DNA of 64,000 nucleotides from Escherichia coli (GTDB taxonomy: Bacteria > Pseudomonadota > Gammaproteobacteria > Enterobacterales > Enterobacteriaceae): the NCBI RefSeq assembly GCF_013122565.1, contig NZ_CP053258.1. The stretch is one strand, 5' to 3'. The notes beneath the pieces were generated by a model. That model saw only the letters and a program-made list of their open reading frames with translations, was not told the DNA's origin and made no database searches. This document shows positions 12,529-25,267 of the stretch, one piece after another (within the stretch, counting starts at the first letter, position 1; each line of letters starts with the position of its first letter). The position numbers were made by a program, and so were the translations under genes.

Positions 12529-14511
12529 TTAACGGCTCTGCTTTCTCAACAAATAGATAAAATATGGCGCGCCGATAAAGGTCGACAGCAGCCCCGCCGG
12601 GATCTGGAATGGAAACAGCACCATCCGTCCACACCAGTCAGCGAATACCAGCAGTAAACCACCCACCAGCGCCGAAATTACGATGTGTGGCATCGTCCGT
12701 CGAAAACCCATCATCCGCGCAATATGCGGTGCCATTAAACCAACAAAACTCAACGGTCCAATAGTCATCGTCGCGGTCGCCGTCAGGCAAGCCGCTAATA
12801 GCAGCAGCGCAATTCGCGTCGGCGTCAGCGCCATTCCTACGGCTCGTGCGGTATCACCACCCAGCGGTAAAATGGTCAGCCAGCGGCGGTACAGCGGGGT
12901 AATCGCCAGCAAAATCACCATCACAATTCCGGTACGCCAGACCTGCGCATCGGTCGCGTTGTAGGTCGAACCGGAAATCCAGGTCAGCACTTGCGCCATT
13001 CGCGGGTCACCGCTCGCCTGCAACATCATCAAAAGCATGGTGAATGCGGTACTTAACGCCATCCCCGCCAGTAACATACGGTGTGGGGAAAATCCACCGC
13101 GGCCGGCGGCGATCATAATGATCAACAGCGTCACCGCCGCCCCGATACTGCCCGCGGGTAACAGCCAGCCAAAGGCATTACCCGGCACCAGAAACAGCAT
13201 TAACACCACGCCAAACGCCGCGCCGGAGCTAATCCCCAGCACTTCCGGGCTTGCCATCGGGTTTCCGGTCAGCCGCTGAATAATACAGCCCACCACCGCC
13301 AGCATGACGCCCGCAAACAGCGCCGCCATAATTCGCGGCCAGCGCCAGGGCATCAAATCATCGAGCAACGCCCCGCTCGCCCACGTCCAGCCGTGCGCAT
13401 CACGACCAAACGACAGCGCCACCACCACAGCCATCAACAGCAGCACGCCGCCCGCGAGGGCAAACGCCAGCACATGTTGGCGTTCAGCCGCGACACGATC
13501 GTTGACCTTCATATCCGGCGCGCTAATGCTGCGTAAACGCGGCAGCAACCACAGTAGCAGCGGCGCACCGATCAACGCAGTGACCGAACCGGTGGACACT
13601 TCCATCCACACGCGAGTCAGCCAGAGGATGATTTGATCGGAAAGCCAGAGGATCAGCGCACCAATCAGCGACGCCAGCATCAACCGTGGCAGCAGACGCC
13701 GCGCCCCCAGCATTTTTGCCAGCAACGGCGCGAACAAACCGATAAAGCCGATAATCCCCACCGCGTTCACCAGCAGCGCACTGATGACAATAGCCAGCGA
13801 CAGCGCCGCCAGACGCGCGAGCGACAAGGCCAGCCCGAGATTGCGCGCCACGCCATCATCAAGCCCCATCAGGGTTAACGGACGAAGTAGCAATAACGTC
13901 AGCATCACGCCGCCCAGCAGCTGCGGCCATAAACGCTCAACGCCGCCCCAGTCGGTTTGCGTCAGCGTTCCGGTGCTCCACAGGAACATGCTTTGCAACT
14001 GGTCATGATGGAAGATAACCAGTAACTGATTGATTGCCCCACAATAAAGGCTCACTACCAGCCCCGCGAGAATCAGCGTTACCGGCGACAGCCGTTTCCC
14101 CCACGCGACGCCAAAGACAATTAAGCCAACAACGCAAGCCCCTGCCAGCGCAGCAAACTGGCTCGCCATAGCACCTGGGATCGCCCAGAGCGTAGTGACG
14201 GTAATCCCCAGTTGCGCGCCTGTAGCAACGCCAAGTGTCGTCGGTTCCGCCAGCGGGTTACGCAGCACTTGCTGAAACAGCACGCCCACCAGCCCCAGGC
14301 CCGCGCCCACCAGCAGCGAAATCGCCAGACGCGGCAACAAGCTGTAGTGAAAAATCATCTGCTCGATGACATCGATATCCGGCGACCAGGCGGCCTGCGC
14401 CCACTGGCTGCGCGGCAGCGCCTGTGAGAAGTTCATCCAGGTGAGCACCGTAGCGACAATCACCAATAGCGCCAGCAATAATGCCGGGAAAAGCGCAATT
14501 CGTTTACTCAC
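12529..14511 (-). CDS. fhuB: Ferric hydroxamate ABC transporter permease FhuB (fused double permease)
   Basis: 660-aa polytopic membrane ORF with two homologous halves; recognised as FhuB; start overlaps fhuD stop. Confidence 0.95.
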   Translation of the reverse strand: MSKRIALFPALLLALLVIVATVLTWMNFSQALPRSQWAQAAWSPDIDVIEQMIFHYSLLPRLAISLLVGAGLGLVGVLFQQVLRNPLAEPTTLGVATGAQLGITVTTLWAIPGAMASQFAALAGACVVGLIVFGVAWGKRLSPVTLILAGLVVSLYCGAINQLLVIFHHDQLQSMFLWSTGTLTQTDWGGVERLWPQLLGGVMLTLLLLRPLTLMGLDDGVARNLGLALSLARLAALSLAIVISALLVNAVGIIGFIGLFAPLLAKMLGARRLLPRLMLASLIGALILWLSDQIILWLTRVWMEVSTGSVTALIGAPLLLWLLPRLRSISAPDMKVNDRVAAERQHVLAFALAGGVLLLMAVVVALSFGRDAHGWTWASGALLDDLMPWRWPRIMAALFAGVMLAVVGCIIQRLTGNPMASPEVLGISSGAAFGVVLMLFLVPGNAFGWLLPAGSIGAAVTLLIIMIAAGRGGFSPHRMLLAGMALSTAFTMLLMMLQASGDPRMAQVLTWISGSTYNATDAQVWRTGIVMVILLAITPLYRRWLTILPLGGDTARAVGMALTPTRIALLLLAACLTATATMTIGPLSFVGLMAPHIARMMGFRRTMPHIVISALVGGLLLVFADWCGRMVLFPFQIPAGLLSTFIGAPYFIYLLRKQSR

Positions 14512-15398
14512 GCTTTACCTCCGATGGCGTTATCCAGAACGCGCACAAAGTGCATTGCCGAGAGCGTCGCACCATAAAACCAGACTGCGGGTACGCGCTG
14601 AAAGCGTCCGGCGCGGACAAACGGCATGGCCTGCCACAGCGGCGTTGCCATTAGCGCATCCATGTCTTTGCTGTTGTCGTGATCAAAACAGAGCACATCA
14701 ACGTCTTTATACGCTGCCAGACGATCGATGCTGACGGCGGTACTGCCCCAGAAGTTGGTTTCCCCTTGCCAGGCATTTGGGATGCCGTACTCATCAAGAA
14801 TTTCCTGGAACAAGCTGTTTGGACCGAAGACCAGCATATGGCGCGGATCGATAAGCGTCGTCAGCAATAACGGACGCGCACCACGCTTCACAAAGCGGGG
14901 TTTCATGCTGCGGATAAAGTCTTCATATTGCGCTAAATGCGTTTCTGCTGCGCTTTGCAGGTTAAGTAAATCCGCCATTTCCGTCAGCGATTTACGCGCC
15001 ATCGCCAGCGGCTGTTTGCCGTCACTGAAGTCAAATCCGCGACCCGGCGCAATACGTGCCAGCATTTCTGGTGAAGGGCCATATCCTGCCGACCAGACCA
15101 TAAACGACGGTTTCATTTCGGTCAGCAATTCAAGGTTAGGTTCTGTACGCAAACCGACGTCAATCACTGAGTCCGGCAATGGTGGTTCGCTGACCCACAG
15201 GCGATAGTTGATGGTGTCCGCCACGCCGTAAGGCACGATGCCGAGCGCCAGCAGTAATTCCACCGGCAACCACTCCAGCGCCACAATACGATTGGGGTCA
15301 ATAGCCGCCGCGTGGGCGGTATTCATCTGCCATAACAACGGAGAAAGCGCCATCGCCGTTAACAGTCGACGGCGCGAAATAAGAGGTAAGCCGCTCAT
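14508..15398 (-). CDS. fhuD: Ferric hydroxamate periplasmic binding protein FhuD
   Basis: Recognised N-terminus MSGLPLISRRRLLTAMALSPLLW (Tat-like RRR motif); ATG at 15398 overlaps the fhuC TGA (ATGA); the track ORF begins one codon earlier at a TTG. Confidence 0.93.
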   Translation of the reverse strand: MSGLPLISRRRLLTAMALSPLLWQMNTAHAAAIDPNRIVALEWLPVELLLALGIVPYGVADTINYRLWVSEPPLPDSVIDVGLRTEPNLELLTEMKPSFMVWSAGYGPSPEMLARIAPGRGFDFSDGKQPLAMARKSLTEMADLLNLQSAAETHLAQYEDFIRSMKPRFVKRGARPLLLTTLIDPRHMLVFGPNSLFQEILDEYGIPNAWQGETNFWGSTAVSIDRLAAYKDVDVLCFDHDNSKDMDALMATPLWQAMPFVRAGRFQRVPAVWFYGATLSAMHFVRVLDNAIGGKA

Positions 15399-16195
15399 CA
15401 ATAAACAAAACTCACAGGTGCAGCACCCGCCGGATGCGGCAAAATACCCATCGGGATGCCATAAATCATTTCGAGGGTTTCGCCGCGCATAATTTCCGCA
15501 GGCGTTCCCTGAGCAATCATTTCACCGCCGCGCAGGGCGACCAGATAATCACAGTAGCGTGCCGCCATATTGATATCGTGCAGCACGGCAATCACCGTCA
15601 GGCCACGTTCCTGACTTAAACGGTGCACCAGCGCCAGCACATCAACCTGGTGGGCGATATCCAACGCCGAAGTCGGTTCGTCGAGCAACAGACAACGGCT
15701 ATCCTGCGCCACCAGCATGGCGATCCACGCCCGCTGACGTTCGCCGCCAGAGAGACTATCGACCAGCCGATGCGCCAGCGGTTTTAAGCCAACCAGCGAG
15801 ATAGCTTCCTCGACCTTTTCGCGATCTGCCGCACCAAAGCGCCCTAGTGCGCCATGCCAAGGGTAACGACCAATCGCCACCAGTTCACGCACGGTCATCC
15901 CTTCTGCCGGAGGAAGCTGCTGCGGTAAATAAGCCACTTTGCGGGCAAACGCTTTGCTGCTCCAGCTTTCCAGCGGCTGGGCATCAAGAAGAATCTCACC
16001 TTCCGACGGTGGCTGATGACGGCCAAGCATTTTGAGCAGAGTGGATTTACCAGAACCGTTGTGACCAATCAGACCGGTCACTTTCCCGGCAGGAAAGGTT
16101 AACGACAGTGGATGCAAAAGCGTGCGCCCGGGCACACGAAAGGAGATATTACGCAGTGCAAAAGTGGTATCGGAATGATTCGTGTATTCCTGCAT
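15398..16195 (-). CDS. fhuC: Ferric hydroxamate ABC transporter ATP-binding protein FhuC
   Basis: Track ORF 15398..16237; recognised start MQEYTNHSDTTFALRNISF at 16195; Walker A GHNGSGKST and ABC signature LSGGERQR. Confidence 0.93.
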   Translation of the reverse strand: MQEYTNHSDTTFALRNISFRVPGRTLLHPLSLTFPAGKVTGLIGHNGSGKSTLLKMLGRHQPPSEGEILLDAQPLESWSSKAFARKVAYLPQQLPPAEGMTVRELVAIGRYPWHGALGRFGAADREKVEEAISLVGLKPLAHRLVDSLSGGERQRAWIAMLVAQDSRCLLLDEPTSALDIAHQVDVLALVHRLSQERGLTVIAVLHDINMAARYCDYLVALRGGEMIAQGTPAEIMRGETLEMIYGIPMGILPHPAGAAPVSFVY

Positions 16196-16246
16196 AACAG
16201 CCAACTTGTGAAACGGGCACGGAAATCCGTGCCCCAAAAGAGAAAA

Positions 16247-18490
16247 TTAGAAACGGAAGGTTGCGGTTGCAACGACCTGACGTTCTGCGCCCCAGAAACA
16301 GCCATAAGTGTTAAAGCAGCTGGCGACGTATTCACGATCGAACAGGTTGTTGACATGCAGCGCCACGTTGGAGCCCGCCATGCCGACTCGCGCCAGATCA
16401 TAACGCACTAACGCATCCACGACCGTATAACTTCCCACTTTAAAGGAGTTAGCCGGATCACCATAGCTGGAGCCAGTATAACGACCACCGGTGCCCAGCG
16501 TCAGACCTGAAAGTGGACCGTCAAAGAAGGTATAGTCAGCCCACAGCGAAGCCATGTGTTTTGGCACCTGTGCAGGCGTATTGCCTTTATAGGTAGTATC
16601 GGTGGTGTATTCCGCATCGGTGTAAGTATAAGAACCGACTACGTTAACACTCGCCGACAGCGCCGCTTTCGCTTCGATTTCTACGCCACGAGCGCGGATC
16701 TCACCACCTTCAACCGAGAAGAAGGAACCCTCAGGGTCCGCCATCAGGTTGTTGGTTTTAGTGAGATTATACACGGCACCAGTAACTACAATCGGACGAT
16801 CTTCCGGTACATATTTCACGCCGACTTCATACTGCTTACCTTTAGAGGGTGCAAAAATATTACCATCCTTCCCAACTTGCGAAGAAGGTTCAAACGATTC
16901 GCTATAGCTGAAGTAAGGTGTTACACCATTATCAAACAGGTAGTTAACACCACCACGCCAGGTAAACTGTTTGTCATCACGTTTATCGGTCGTTCCCGCT
17001 ACGCGGTTAAGAGATTCTTGATCTGCCCAGTCGTAACGCCCGCCCAGGGTGACCAGCACTTTATCCCACTGCGCCTGATCCTGAACATAAACGCCCGTTT
17101 GTTTCTGCTTATTCAGAATGCGGTAAGGACCGGAGTTTGCCGGATCTTTGGCATTGAAGTCGAAATCGGTATTCACCGGATTGTACAGATCGAGCAGCGG
17201 CACAGAGTCGTCGTAACCAAACCAGGCGTTGATGTCATTACGCATACGCATAAAGTCGACACCGGTCAGCAGGGTGTGGTCGATATCGCCAGTGGCAAAC
17301 TTGCTCTGCAACTGGGTATCAACGGAGAAGTTTTGCAGCTTCTCATCATCAACGACGTATTTACGTGCCAGATAATGGCCTTTATCCGCTGGCGCTAATG
17401 CCGCACACTGTTTGCTGTAAGCATTCGCCGGATCGGAGCAGACGCCGTAACCATAAACGCTGTTTTGCGAAGTTTTGTTTTCAGCAAAGCGCAGGTTCTG
17501 ACGCACAGTAAAGGTGTCGTTAAATTCGTGATCGAAGCTGTAGCCCACCATCTTCTCATTACGAGAATAGGTGTTGTTCTTCGCCCCTTCGTTAAAGTCT
17601 GTCGGCAGACGCTTACCGTTCGGCAGCGGCTCAACAGTTCCCTCTTTCGGCAACCAGCCGTAATAACCGGTTTCCGGCTCGTTCTGGAAGTAAGAAAGGA
17701 AGGTGAAATTGGTTTTATCGTCCGGACGCCAGGTAAACGCTGGCGCAATGGCATAACGCTGCTCTTCCGCGCCCTTTTGCTGGGCATTGGCAGAGCGCGC
17801 AAGACCGGTCAGACGATAAGAGTAAACGCCGTCATCATCCAGCGCATCGCTGAAGTCAAAACCGGTCTGGAAGAGGCTGTCAGTCCCGGCCTTAAACTGA
17901 ACTTCTTTCAACGGTTCAGTGGTCGGGCGCTTGCTGACCATATTCAACAGACCGCCAGGACTGCTTTTACCGTAAAGCACGGAAACCGGGCCACGCATAA
18001 TTTCAGCGCGTTCCAGCATATACGGGTCAATGACCGCATCGTTATAGAAGTTGCCCTGCAACTTCAGGCCATTCAGATAGTTATTCTGACTTTGGCCTTC
18101 TGCCGCAAAACCGCGAATGATCAGGTGGTCATAGGTGTTGGATGCGCCACGCGTACCAACAGAGACACCCGGCGTGTAGCTGAGCGCCTCTTTTACTGAC
18201 TTCGGCTGATGTAGCGCCATCTCTTCGGCGGTCACAACAGAAATAGACTGTGGCACTTTTTGAATCGGCGTATCGGTTTTAGTGCCGGTAGCAGACTGTC
18301 GCGCCGCAATAGTTGCAGCCGGCCCCCATGCGCTTTCTTGCGGCGCAGGTGCAGCGGTAACGGTGATAGTGTCTTCTTTCGGTTCAACCGCTGCCTGTGC
18401 ATAAACAGACATGCCGCTAACCGCTGTGGCTACTACAACTGCGATTTTACGCAGTGAGTGTTTTGGCTGAGCAGTTTTGGAACGCGCCAT
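16247..18490 (-). CDS. fhuA: Ferrichrome outer membrane transporter FhuA (TonB-dependent; phage T1/T5/phi80 receptor)
   Basis: 747-aa ORF with signal peptide, TonB box region and C-terminal FRF; recognised as FhuA. Confidence 0.96.
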   Translation of the reverse strand: MARSKTAQPKHSLRKIAVVVATAVSGMSVYAQAAVEPKEDTITVTAAPAPQESAWGPAATIAARQSATGTKTDTPIQKVPQSISVVTAEEMALHQPKSVKEALSYTPGVSVGTRGASNTYDHLIIRGFAAEGQSQNNYLNGLKLQGNFYNDAVIDPYMLERAEIMRGPVSVLYGKSSPGGLLNMVSKRPTTEPLKEVQFKAGTDSLFQTGFDFSDALDDDGVYSYRLTGLARSANAQQKGAEEQRYAIAPAFTWRPDDKTNFTFLSYFQNEPETGYYGWLPKEGTVEPLPNGKRLPTDFNEGAKNNTYSRNEKMVGYSFDHEFNDTFTVRQNLRFAENKTSQNSVYGYGVCSDPANAYSKQCAALAPADKGHYLARKYVVDDEKLQNFSVDTQLQSKFATGDIDHTLLTGVDFMRMRNDINAWFGYDDSVPLLDLYNPVNTDFDFNAKDPANSGPYRILNKQKQTGVYVQDQAQWDKVLVTLGGRYDWADQESLNRVAGTTDKRDDKQFTWRGGVNYLFDNGVTPYFSYSESFEPSSQVGKDGNIFAPSKGKQYEVGVKYVPEDRPIVVTGAVYNLTKTNNLMADPEGSFFSVEGGEIRARGVEIEAKAALSASVNVVGSYTYTDAEYTTDTTYKGNTPAQVPKHMASLWADYTFFDGPLSGLTLGTGGRYTGSSYGDPANSFKVGSYTVVDALVRYDLARVGMAGSNVALHVNNLFDREYVASCFNTYGCFWGAERQVVATATFRF

Positions 18491-18512
18491 TGGTATATCT
18501 CTGATGTAAAGT

Positions 18513-18545
18513 GAATGATAACGTAAACGAGAATGATTATTATAA
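18513..18545 (-). promoter_or_regulatory. Candidate Fur box in the fhuA promoter region
   Basis: Minus-strand reading aataatcattctcgtttacgttatcattc resembles the Fur consensus GATAATGATAATCATTATC and lies about 25-55 nt upstream of the fhuA start. Confidence 0.55.
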
Positions 18546-18679
18546 AGATAAGATAATATTCGAAACGCTGGCGGGTTCGCAAGCGGTACGCAATCTGAGC
18601 GTTCCTGAAGGGTTAATAAACAACCAGATGAAAAGAAAGGGTTAATACTTTAGGTGGGATGTTATTTTACCGGATGGCA

Positions 18680-18702
18680 ACTCGCCATCCGGTATTTCAC
18701 GC
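18680..18702 (-). terminator. Hairpin immediately downstream of mrcB (putative terminator)
   Basis: ccggatggc-aactc-gccatccgg perfect 9-bp stem just 3' of the mrcB stop; flanking sequence is A/T-rich but lacks a clean U-run. Confidence 0.4.
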
Positions 18703-18709
18703 TTAGATG

Positions 18710-21244
18710 TTAATTACTACCAAACATATCCTTAATCCAACCGGCTACACCGTCGCTATCTTTCTGCTCTTGCTGGGCAGGTTGCTGTTGCGGCTGTTGC
18801 TGCGGCTGTGAAGACTGATCAAACGGATTGCCTGACGGCTGCTGCTGCATCTCACTCTGCTGGCACAGCGATTGCGGATCGCTGGTCCAGACCGGCAAGA
18901 CACGCATGCCACCGCTGCAAACAAAGTTGCCGTCGTAGTCCACGCCCATATCTGCAATATCTTCTGGCGGAACAAGATTCAGCGGTGTTGGCGTCTGGTT
19001 AGCCAGATAACGCTGATAAATCGACATTGCCCCGCTGGCACCATACAGTTTGGTCGGCTGGTTGTTATCACGGCCTACCCAGGTGATGGTCACCGTGCTG
19101 CCGTCAATGCCCGCAAACCAGGTATCTACGTTATTGTTGGTAGTCCCTGTTTTCCCTGCCAGATGCAGGTTCGGGTATTTCGCCCCAAGCTGACGACCCG
19201 TACCGCGTTGTACCACCTGCTGCATGGTCCATAGTGTCAGATACGCCGCCTGCGCCGGAACAGCGCGTTCCGCCTGCGGGAAGCTCTGATACAGCACTTT
19301 GCCATCTTCCGCAATTACCGAACGCAGCGCAGAAAGCGGTGCACGGTTACCGCCGCTGGCGATAGTCTGGAATGCCTGCGCCACTTCGATTGGCGTTAAG
19401 TTCAACGCCCCCAGCAGCATCGCCGGAACCGGATGCAGCTGATCTTTCGGTACGCCCAGTTTAATCCAGGTCTCCGTAACCGCAGGCAGCCCCAGCGCCA
19501 TCCCCAGATTTACCGTCGGCACGTTCATCGAACGGGTCAACGCATCCACCAGCATCACTCTGCCGCTTTCGCTATAACGACGGTCATCGTTCTGCGGTGA
19601 CCAGACCTGGCCATTCGGCTGACGTAGCGCGATTGGCGCATCCGCAATCCACGTATTCAGACGATAGATTTTCGGCTGGCTTAAGGCCGTCAGATAAGTC
19701 GCTGGTTTTGCAAGAGAACCAATCGAACGACGCGCCTGCATCGCACGGTTGTAGCCCGCAAACTGCGGCTCAGAACCACCGACCATCGCACGAACTTCAC
19801 CACTAAAGCGGTCGACGACCACAATCGCAGTTTCAAGATCGCTCAGCTTACGCTGTTTCTTCAGTGCCGGAATGCCTTCCACGGCGGCTTTTTCTGCCGC
19901 GTCCTGTGCCACCGAGTCAAAGGTAGTGAAGATCTTCACGCCGGAGAGATCTTTTACCTTATCGCCCAGTTTTGCCTGCAACTCCTGACGCACCAGCTGC
20001 ATAAAGGCTGGCTGAGGAGAGATCACCCCACCGCGCGGCTGAACACCCAGCGGACGTGCACTCAACATGTCATAGAGTTCTTGATCAATAATCTGTTGCT
20101 GTTGCAGCAGACGCAGCACCAGATTACGTCGCTCCAGCGCCAGTTTTGGGTTACGCCACGGGTTGTAGATGGACGCCCCTTTCACCATGCCGACTAACAG
20201 CGCCTGCTGGTCGAGGCTTAGCTCTTCTACCGGGCGACCAAAGTAATACAAGCTCGCCAGCGGGAAGCCGCGGATTTCGTTGTCGCCGCTCTGACCGAGA
20301 TACACCTCGTTCATATACAGCTCAAGAATACGGTCTTTGCTGTAACGCGCGTCCATGATCAGCGCCATGTAAGCTTCGTTCGCTTTACGCCAGTAAGAGC
20401 GCTCGCTGGAGAGGAACAGGTTTTTCACCAGCTGTTGCGTCAGCGTACTCGCCCCCTGCACCGTGCGACCTGCGGTCAGGTTTGCCAGCACCGCACGTCC
20501 GATGGAGTAGAGACTGATTCCATCATGCTCGTAAAAATGACGGTCTTCTGTCGCCAGCAAAGTATCCACCAGCAAATCAGGGAAACCACTGCGCGGCACA
20601 AACAGACGCTGCTCACCGTTTGGCGAGGAGATCATGGTGATCAGGCGCGGATCAAGACGGAAGAAGCCGAACTGACGGTTGTTCTCCATATTGACGATGG
20701 TCGCCAGATGATCGCCATCAAAGGTCAGACGCGCACGCACCTGCCCTTCTTTACTGTCCGGGAAATCAAACGGACGGCGGATCATCTCAATGCTGTTGGC
20801 CTGCACGGTAAATTCGCCAGGACGGGTCATTTTCGACACCTGACGATACTGGGTAGCCTCCAGCAGCTTCACCATCTCGTTCTTGCTGATGGTCATATCT
20901 GGCTCAAGGTTGACCATTCGGCCATAAACTGCCGCAGGCAGTTGCCAGACCTTGCCATCAATACGGCTACGAATTTTTTGATCGAGATAAACACCGTAAA
21001 TGGCGATCAGCACGGCAAAAACGATAGCCAGTTTTAGCAGTAGCCATAGCCAGCCGCGTTTGCCACGAGGCTTACGCCCTTTGCCTTTGCCCTTACCTTT
21101 GCGCGGCATCGGTTCTTCATCCTCATAGTCATCATAATCGTCGTAATCATCGTCATCTTCGTAACGACGACGGCTTACCTTTTGTTTGACCGGACGCGTC
21201 GGTTTCCCTTTGCGTCCAATTGGCTCGCGGTCATTCCCGGCCAT
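18710..21244 (-). CDS. mrcB: Penicillin-binding protein 1B (bifunctional glycosyltransferase/transpeptidase)
   Basis: Track ORF 18710..21259; recognised start [19 protein letters not shown] at 21244; acidic then basic N-terminal tail, transmembrane anchor and transpeptidase motifs. Confidence 0.94.
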   Translation of the reverse strand: MAGNDREPIGRKGKPTRPVKQKVSRRRYEDDDDYDDYDDYEDEEPMPRKGKGKGKGRKPRGKRGWLWLLLKLAIVFAVLIAIYGVYLDQKIRSRIDGKVWQLPAAVYGRMVNLEPDMTISKNEMVKLLEATQYRQVSKMTRPGEFTVQANSIEMIRRPFDFPDSKEGQVRARLTFDGDHLATIVNMENNRQFGFFRLDPRLITMISSPNGEQRLFVPRSGFPDLLVDTLLATEDRHFYEHDGISLYSIGRAVLANLTAGRTVQGASTLTQQLVKNLFLSSERSYWRKANEAYMALIMDARYSKDRILELYMNEVYLGQSGDNEIRGFPLASLYYFGRPVEELSLDQQALLVGMVKGASIYNPWRNPKLALERRNLVLRLLQQQQIIDQELYDMLSARPLGVQPRGGVISPQPAFMQLVRQELQAKLGDKVKDLSGVKIFTTFDSVAQDAAEKAAVEGIPALKKQRKLSDLETAIVVVDRFSGEVRAMVGGSEPQFAGYNRAMQARRSIGSLAKPATYLTALSQPKIYRLNTWIADAPIALRQPNGQVWSPQNDDRRYSESGRVMLVDALTRSMNVPTVNLGMALGLPAVTETWIKLGVPKDQLHPVPAMLLGALNLTPIEVAQAFQTIASGGNRAPLSALRSVIAEDGKVLYQSFPQAERAVPAQAAYLTLWTMQQVVQRGTGRQLGAKYPNLHLAGKTGTTNNNVDTWFAGIDGSTVTITWVGRDNNQPTKLYGASGAMSIYQRYLANQTPTPLNLVPPEDIADMGVDYDGNFVCSGGMRVLPVWTSDPQSLCQQSEMQQQPSGNPFDQSSQPQQQPQQQPAQQEQKDSDGVAGWIKDMFGSN

Positions 21245-21337
21245 GCTTTTTCTCCGCAATATTCAGGCGCAAAAGCCCGATTTTCTGTTCTTCTGTTGCA
21301 AGACAGAAGAAGATATCTCTCAAATTTGCTTTGGTCT

Positions 21338-23767
21338 TCACGAATACTTTTTCGTCCGTCGCGTCGGTGCCGTGTTTGCCGGGTCATCCGGCCAGACGTG
21401 TTTGGGATAACGCCCTTTCATCTCCTTTTGCACCTCACGATACGCCCCTTTCCAGAAGGCCCCCAAATCACGCGTGATTTGCAGCGGCCTTTGGGCAGGG
21501 GAAAGCAACTCCAGCACCAGCGGCACGCGCCCCTGGGCGATCGTCGGATTGGTGGCCTCGCCAAACATCTCTTGCATTCTCACCGCCAGCGCGGGCGGGT
21601 TATCTTCATGATAACGAATGGCGATCCGGCTTCCCGTCGGCACAGTGTAATGCGCAGGCAATTCACTATCCAGACGTTGCTGCATTCCCCAATCAAGTAA
21701 TCCGCGTAGTGCCTGATAAATGTCGAGTGATTTCAGGCCGCGTAGTGAATGTACACCGGCCATATGTGGCAGCAGCCACGTTTCCAGCGTCGCCAATAAA
21801 CTTTCATCATCAACCGCTGGCCAGTCATATTCTGGCAACCACTTTGCGGCGCATAACAAACGCAAGCGTAGCTGTTCCGCTTCCGCCGTCCAGTTGAGCA
21901 CGCTTAAACCTTTATCACGAATGCCGTTAAGCATCGCCTGATGCAACTCGTCTTCTGACGGTTTCGCCAGTGGCTGCACTTTCACCGTCAACTGACCGAT
22001 TTGCAGCCGACGCCAGGCTTTCAGCGTACCTTGCGCGTCATCCCATTCCACGGTGTCAGATTGCTGCACCAGCTGCGGACAGCGTTGTACTAATTCATCA
22101 ATATCGACCGGTAGCGCCAGTAAAATCCGCGCATCCGGCGAGGCGCTGCCCTGCAATAATAACGGTGCGATCAACCATTCGTGGCGGCTTAGCGCGTCGT
22201 CGGCATCGAGCATCGCTCCCATGCCGTTTGCCAGTTGATAGCGTCCATCTTGCCCACGGCGACGAGCAATGCGATCGGCAAACGCCCCGGCAAGTAGCGG
22301 CGCGATAAGCGAACTGTCTGCCTCACCGCCGCGTACGTTTAAGTGTTTTAACAGTTGCTGACTACGTTGCTGCCAGGCTGGTTGATTGCGCGAAAACGCC
22401 ACGCCCAGGTCACTATTGCCCATCCGTGGCGGCTCTTCGAGAATGGCGGCAATTTTTGCCGCGGTAGCAGCTTCGTCGTCGCTCTTTGCGCTAACCAGCA
22501 TTGCCGCTAAACGCGGATCGTTACCCAGCGCTGCCATTTTTTGCCCTTGCGCACTAAGCCGTTCACCGTCCAGCGCCCCTAGCATCTTTAACAGGCGTTT
22601 CGCGGCCAGTAAATTCACTGCTGGCGGTTGATCCAGCCAGCTCATCTGCGCCGGATCGCTGCATCCCCATTGCAGTAATTCCATCAGCAAACCGGAAAGA
22701 TCGCTTTGTAAGATCTCCGGTTCACTTTGCGCGGCAGCGCGTTCTGCTTGTTCTTTGGCGATTAAATGTAGGCAGATACCCGGCTCCAGACGCCCGGCAC
22801 GCCCGGCACGCTGCGTCATCGACGCCTGACTGATTCGCTGAGTAATCAACCGCGTAAGCCCTGTTCGCGGATCAAAACGCGCCACCCTTTCCTGGGCACA
22901 ATCCACCACCAGACGAATACCTTCGATGGTTAAACTGGTTTCAGCAATATTGGTCGCCAGCACCACTTTGCGCATCCCTTGCGGTGCCGGGAGGATCGCT
23001 TTTCGCTGATCGTTTAGCGACAACGCGCCATACAGCGGGCAGAGCAACACATCACTGCCGATGCGCGAAGCCAGTTGTTCCTGCACACGCTGAATTTCTC
23101 CGACGCCAGGTAAAAATAACAGTAATGATCCACTTTCCTGACGCAGCATTTCGGCGGTGGCAACCGCGACGGCTTCGTCAAAACGCTGATGCGCGGGCAG
23201 CGGTAAATAACGGCGTTCAACCGGAAACGAGCGCCCTTCTGAGATGACGACGGGCGCTTCTGGCAGCATTTGCTGCAAGCGGTCGTTGTCCAGCGTAGCC
23301 GACATAATCAGCAGTTTAAGGTCATCACGCAGACCTTGTTGCACATCGAGTAACAACGCCAACGCCAAATCCGCCTGCAAGCTGCGCTCATGAAATTCAT
23401 CAAGGATCACCAATCCAACACCGCTCAGTTCCGGGTCACGCTGGATCATCCGCGTCAGCACGCCTTCGGTAACCACTTCCAGGCGGGTATTCGGCCCGAC
23501 GCAGTTTTGCGCACGCATCCGGTAGCCAACGGTATCGCCTGGCTTTTCGTTAAGCAGCTCCGCCAGCCGTTGCGCGACGTTACGCGCCGCCAGACGACGC
23601 GGCTCCAGCAGGATAATTTTCCCGTTAATGCCGGGATGCGCCAGCAGTTGCAGCGGCAGCCAGGTTGATTTCCCGGCCCCGGTCGGCGCACTTAATAACA
23701 CCTGCGGCGCACAATCGAGAGCGGTAAGTAATTCAGGTAAGACGGCAGCAACGGGCAACGACGACAC
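21338..23767 (-). CDS. hrpB: ATP-dependent RNA helicase HrpB (DEAH-box)
   Basis: Track ORF 21338..23812; the recognised N-terminus (V/M)SSLPVAAVLPELL corresponds to a GTG at 23767 preceded by GGAG; Walker A GAGKST and DEFH motifs. Confidence 0.9.
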   Translation of the reverse strand: MSSLPVAAVLPELLTALDCAPQVLLSAPTGAGKSTWLPLQLLAHPGINGKIILLEPRRLAARNVAQRLAELLNEKPGDTVGYRMRAQNCVGPNTRLEVVTEGVLTRMIQRDPELSGVGLVILDEFHERSLQADLALALLLDVQQGLRDDLKLLIMSATLDNDRLQQMLPEAPVVISEGRSFPVERRYLPLPAHQRFDEAVAVATAEMLRQESGSLLLFLPGVGEIQRVQEQLASRIGSDVLLCPLYGALSLNDQRKAILPAPQGMRKVVLATNIAETSLTIEGIRLVVDCAQERVARFDPRTGLTRLITQRISQASMTQRAGRAGRLEPGICLHLIAKEQAERAAAQSEPEILQSDLSGLLMELLQWGCSDPAQMSWLDQPPAVNLLAAKRLLKMLGALDGERLSAQGQKMAALGNDPRLAAMLVSAKSDDEAATAAKIAAILEEPPRMGNSDLGVAFSRNQPAWQQRSQQLLKHLNVRGGEADSSLIAPLLAGAFADRIARRRGQDGRYQLANGMGAMLDADDALSRHEWLIAPLLLQGSASPDARILLALPVDIDELVQRCPQLVQQSDTVEWDDAQGTLKAWRRLQIGQLTVKVQPLAKPSEDELHQAMLNGIRDKGLSVLNWTAEAEQLRLRLLCAAKWLPEYDWPAVDDESLLATLETWLLPHMAGVHSLRGLKSLDIYQALRGLLDWGMQQRLDSELPAHYTVPTGSRIAIRYHEDNPPALAVRMQEMFGEATNPTIAQGRVPLVLELLSPAQRPLQITRDLGAFWKGAYREVQKEMKGRYPKHVWPDDPANTAPTRRTKKYS

Positions 23768-23840
23768 AAAACGCTCCAGAGGGTTAACATTCTTCGCGCC
23801 ACATTGTAGCATCGCGGTAATTCATAACCGAGTGCCTCAC

Positions 23841-25090
<1,250 letters not shown>

Positions 25091-25267
25091 TAAAGTATGT
25101 AACTGGTTAATTTACATTCTGGTCGCGTGCGCAAATACGCTTTTCCTCACACAGTTGTCAAGTGTTACGTTTAGATAATTGCTATCCGGAAAAGCATCTG
25201 CTATTTATAGCGGCCTCATTTTTCCCCCGAACATGGGGATCGATAGTGCGTGTTAAGGAGAAGCAAC

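Noticed and set aside
16556-18199. Two ORFs (280 aa and 244 aa) on the plus strand
   Set aside because: Antisense to fhuA; no conserved features.
21100-21244. Acidic ([15 protein letters not shown]) and basic ([16 protein letters not shown]) low-complexity tract at the mrcB 5' end
   Set aside because: Recognised as the native cytoplasmic tail of PBP1b; not an insertion or separate feature.
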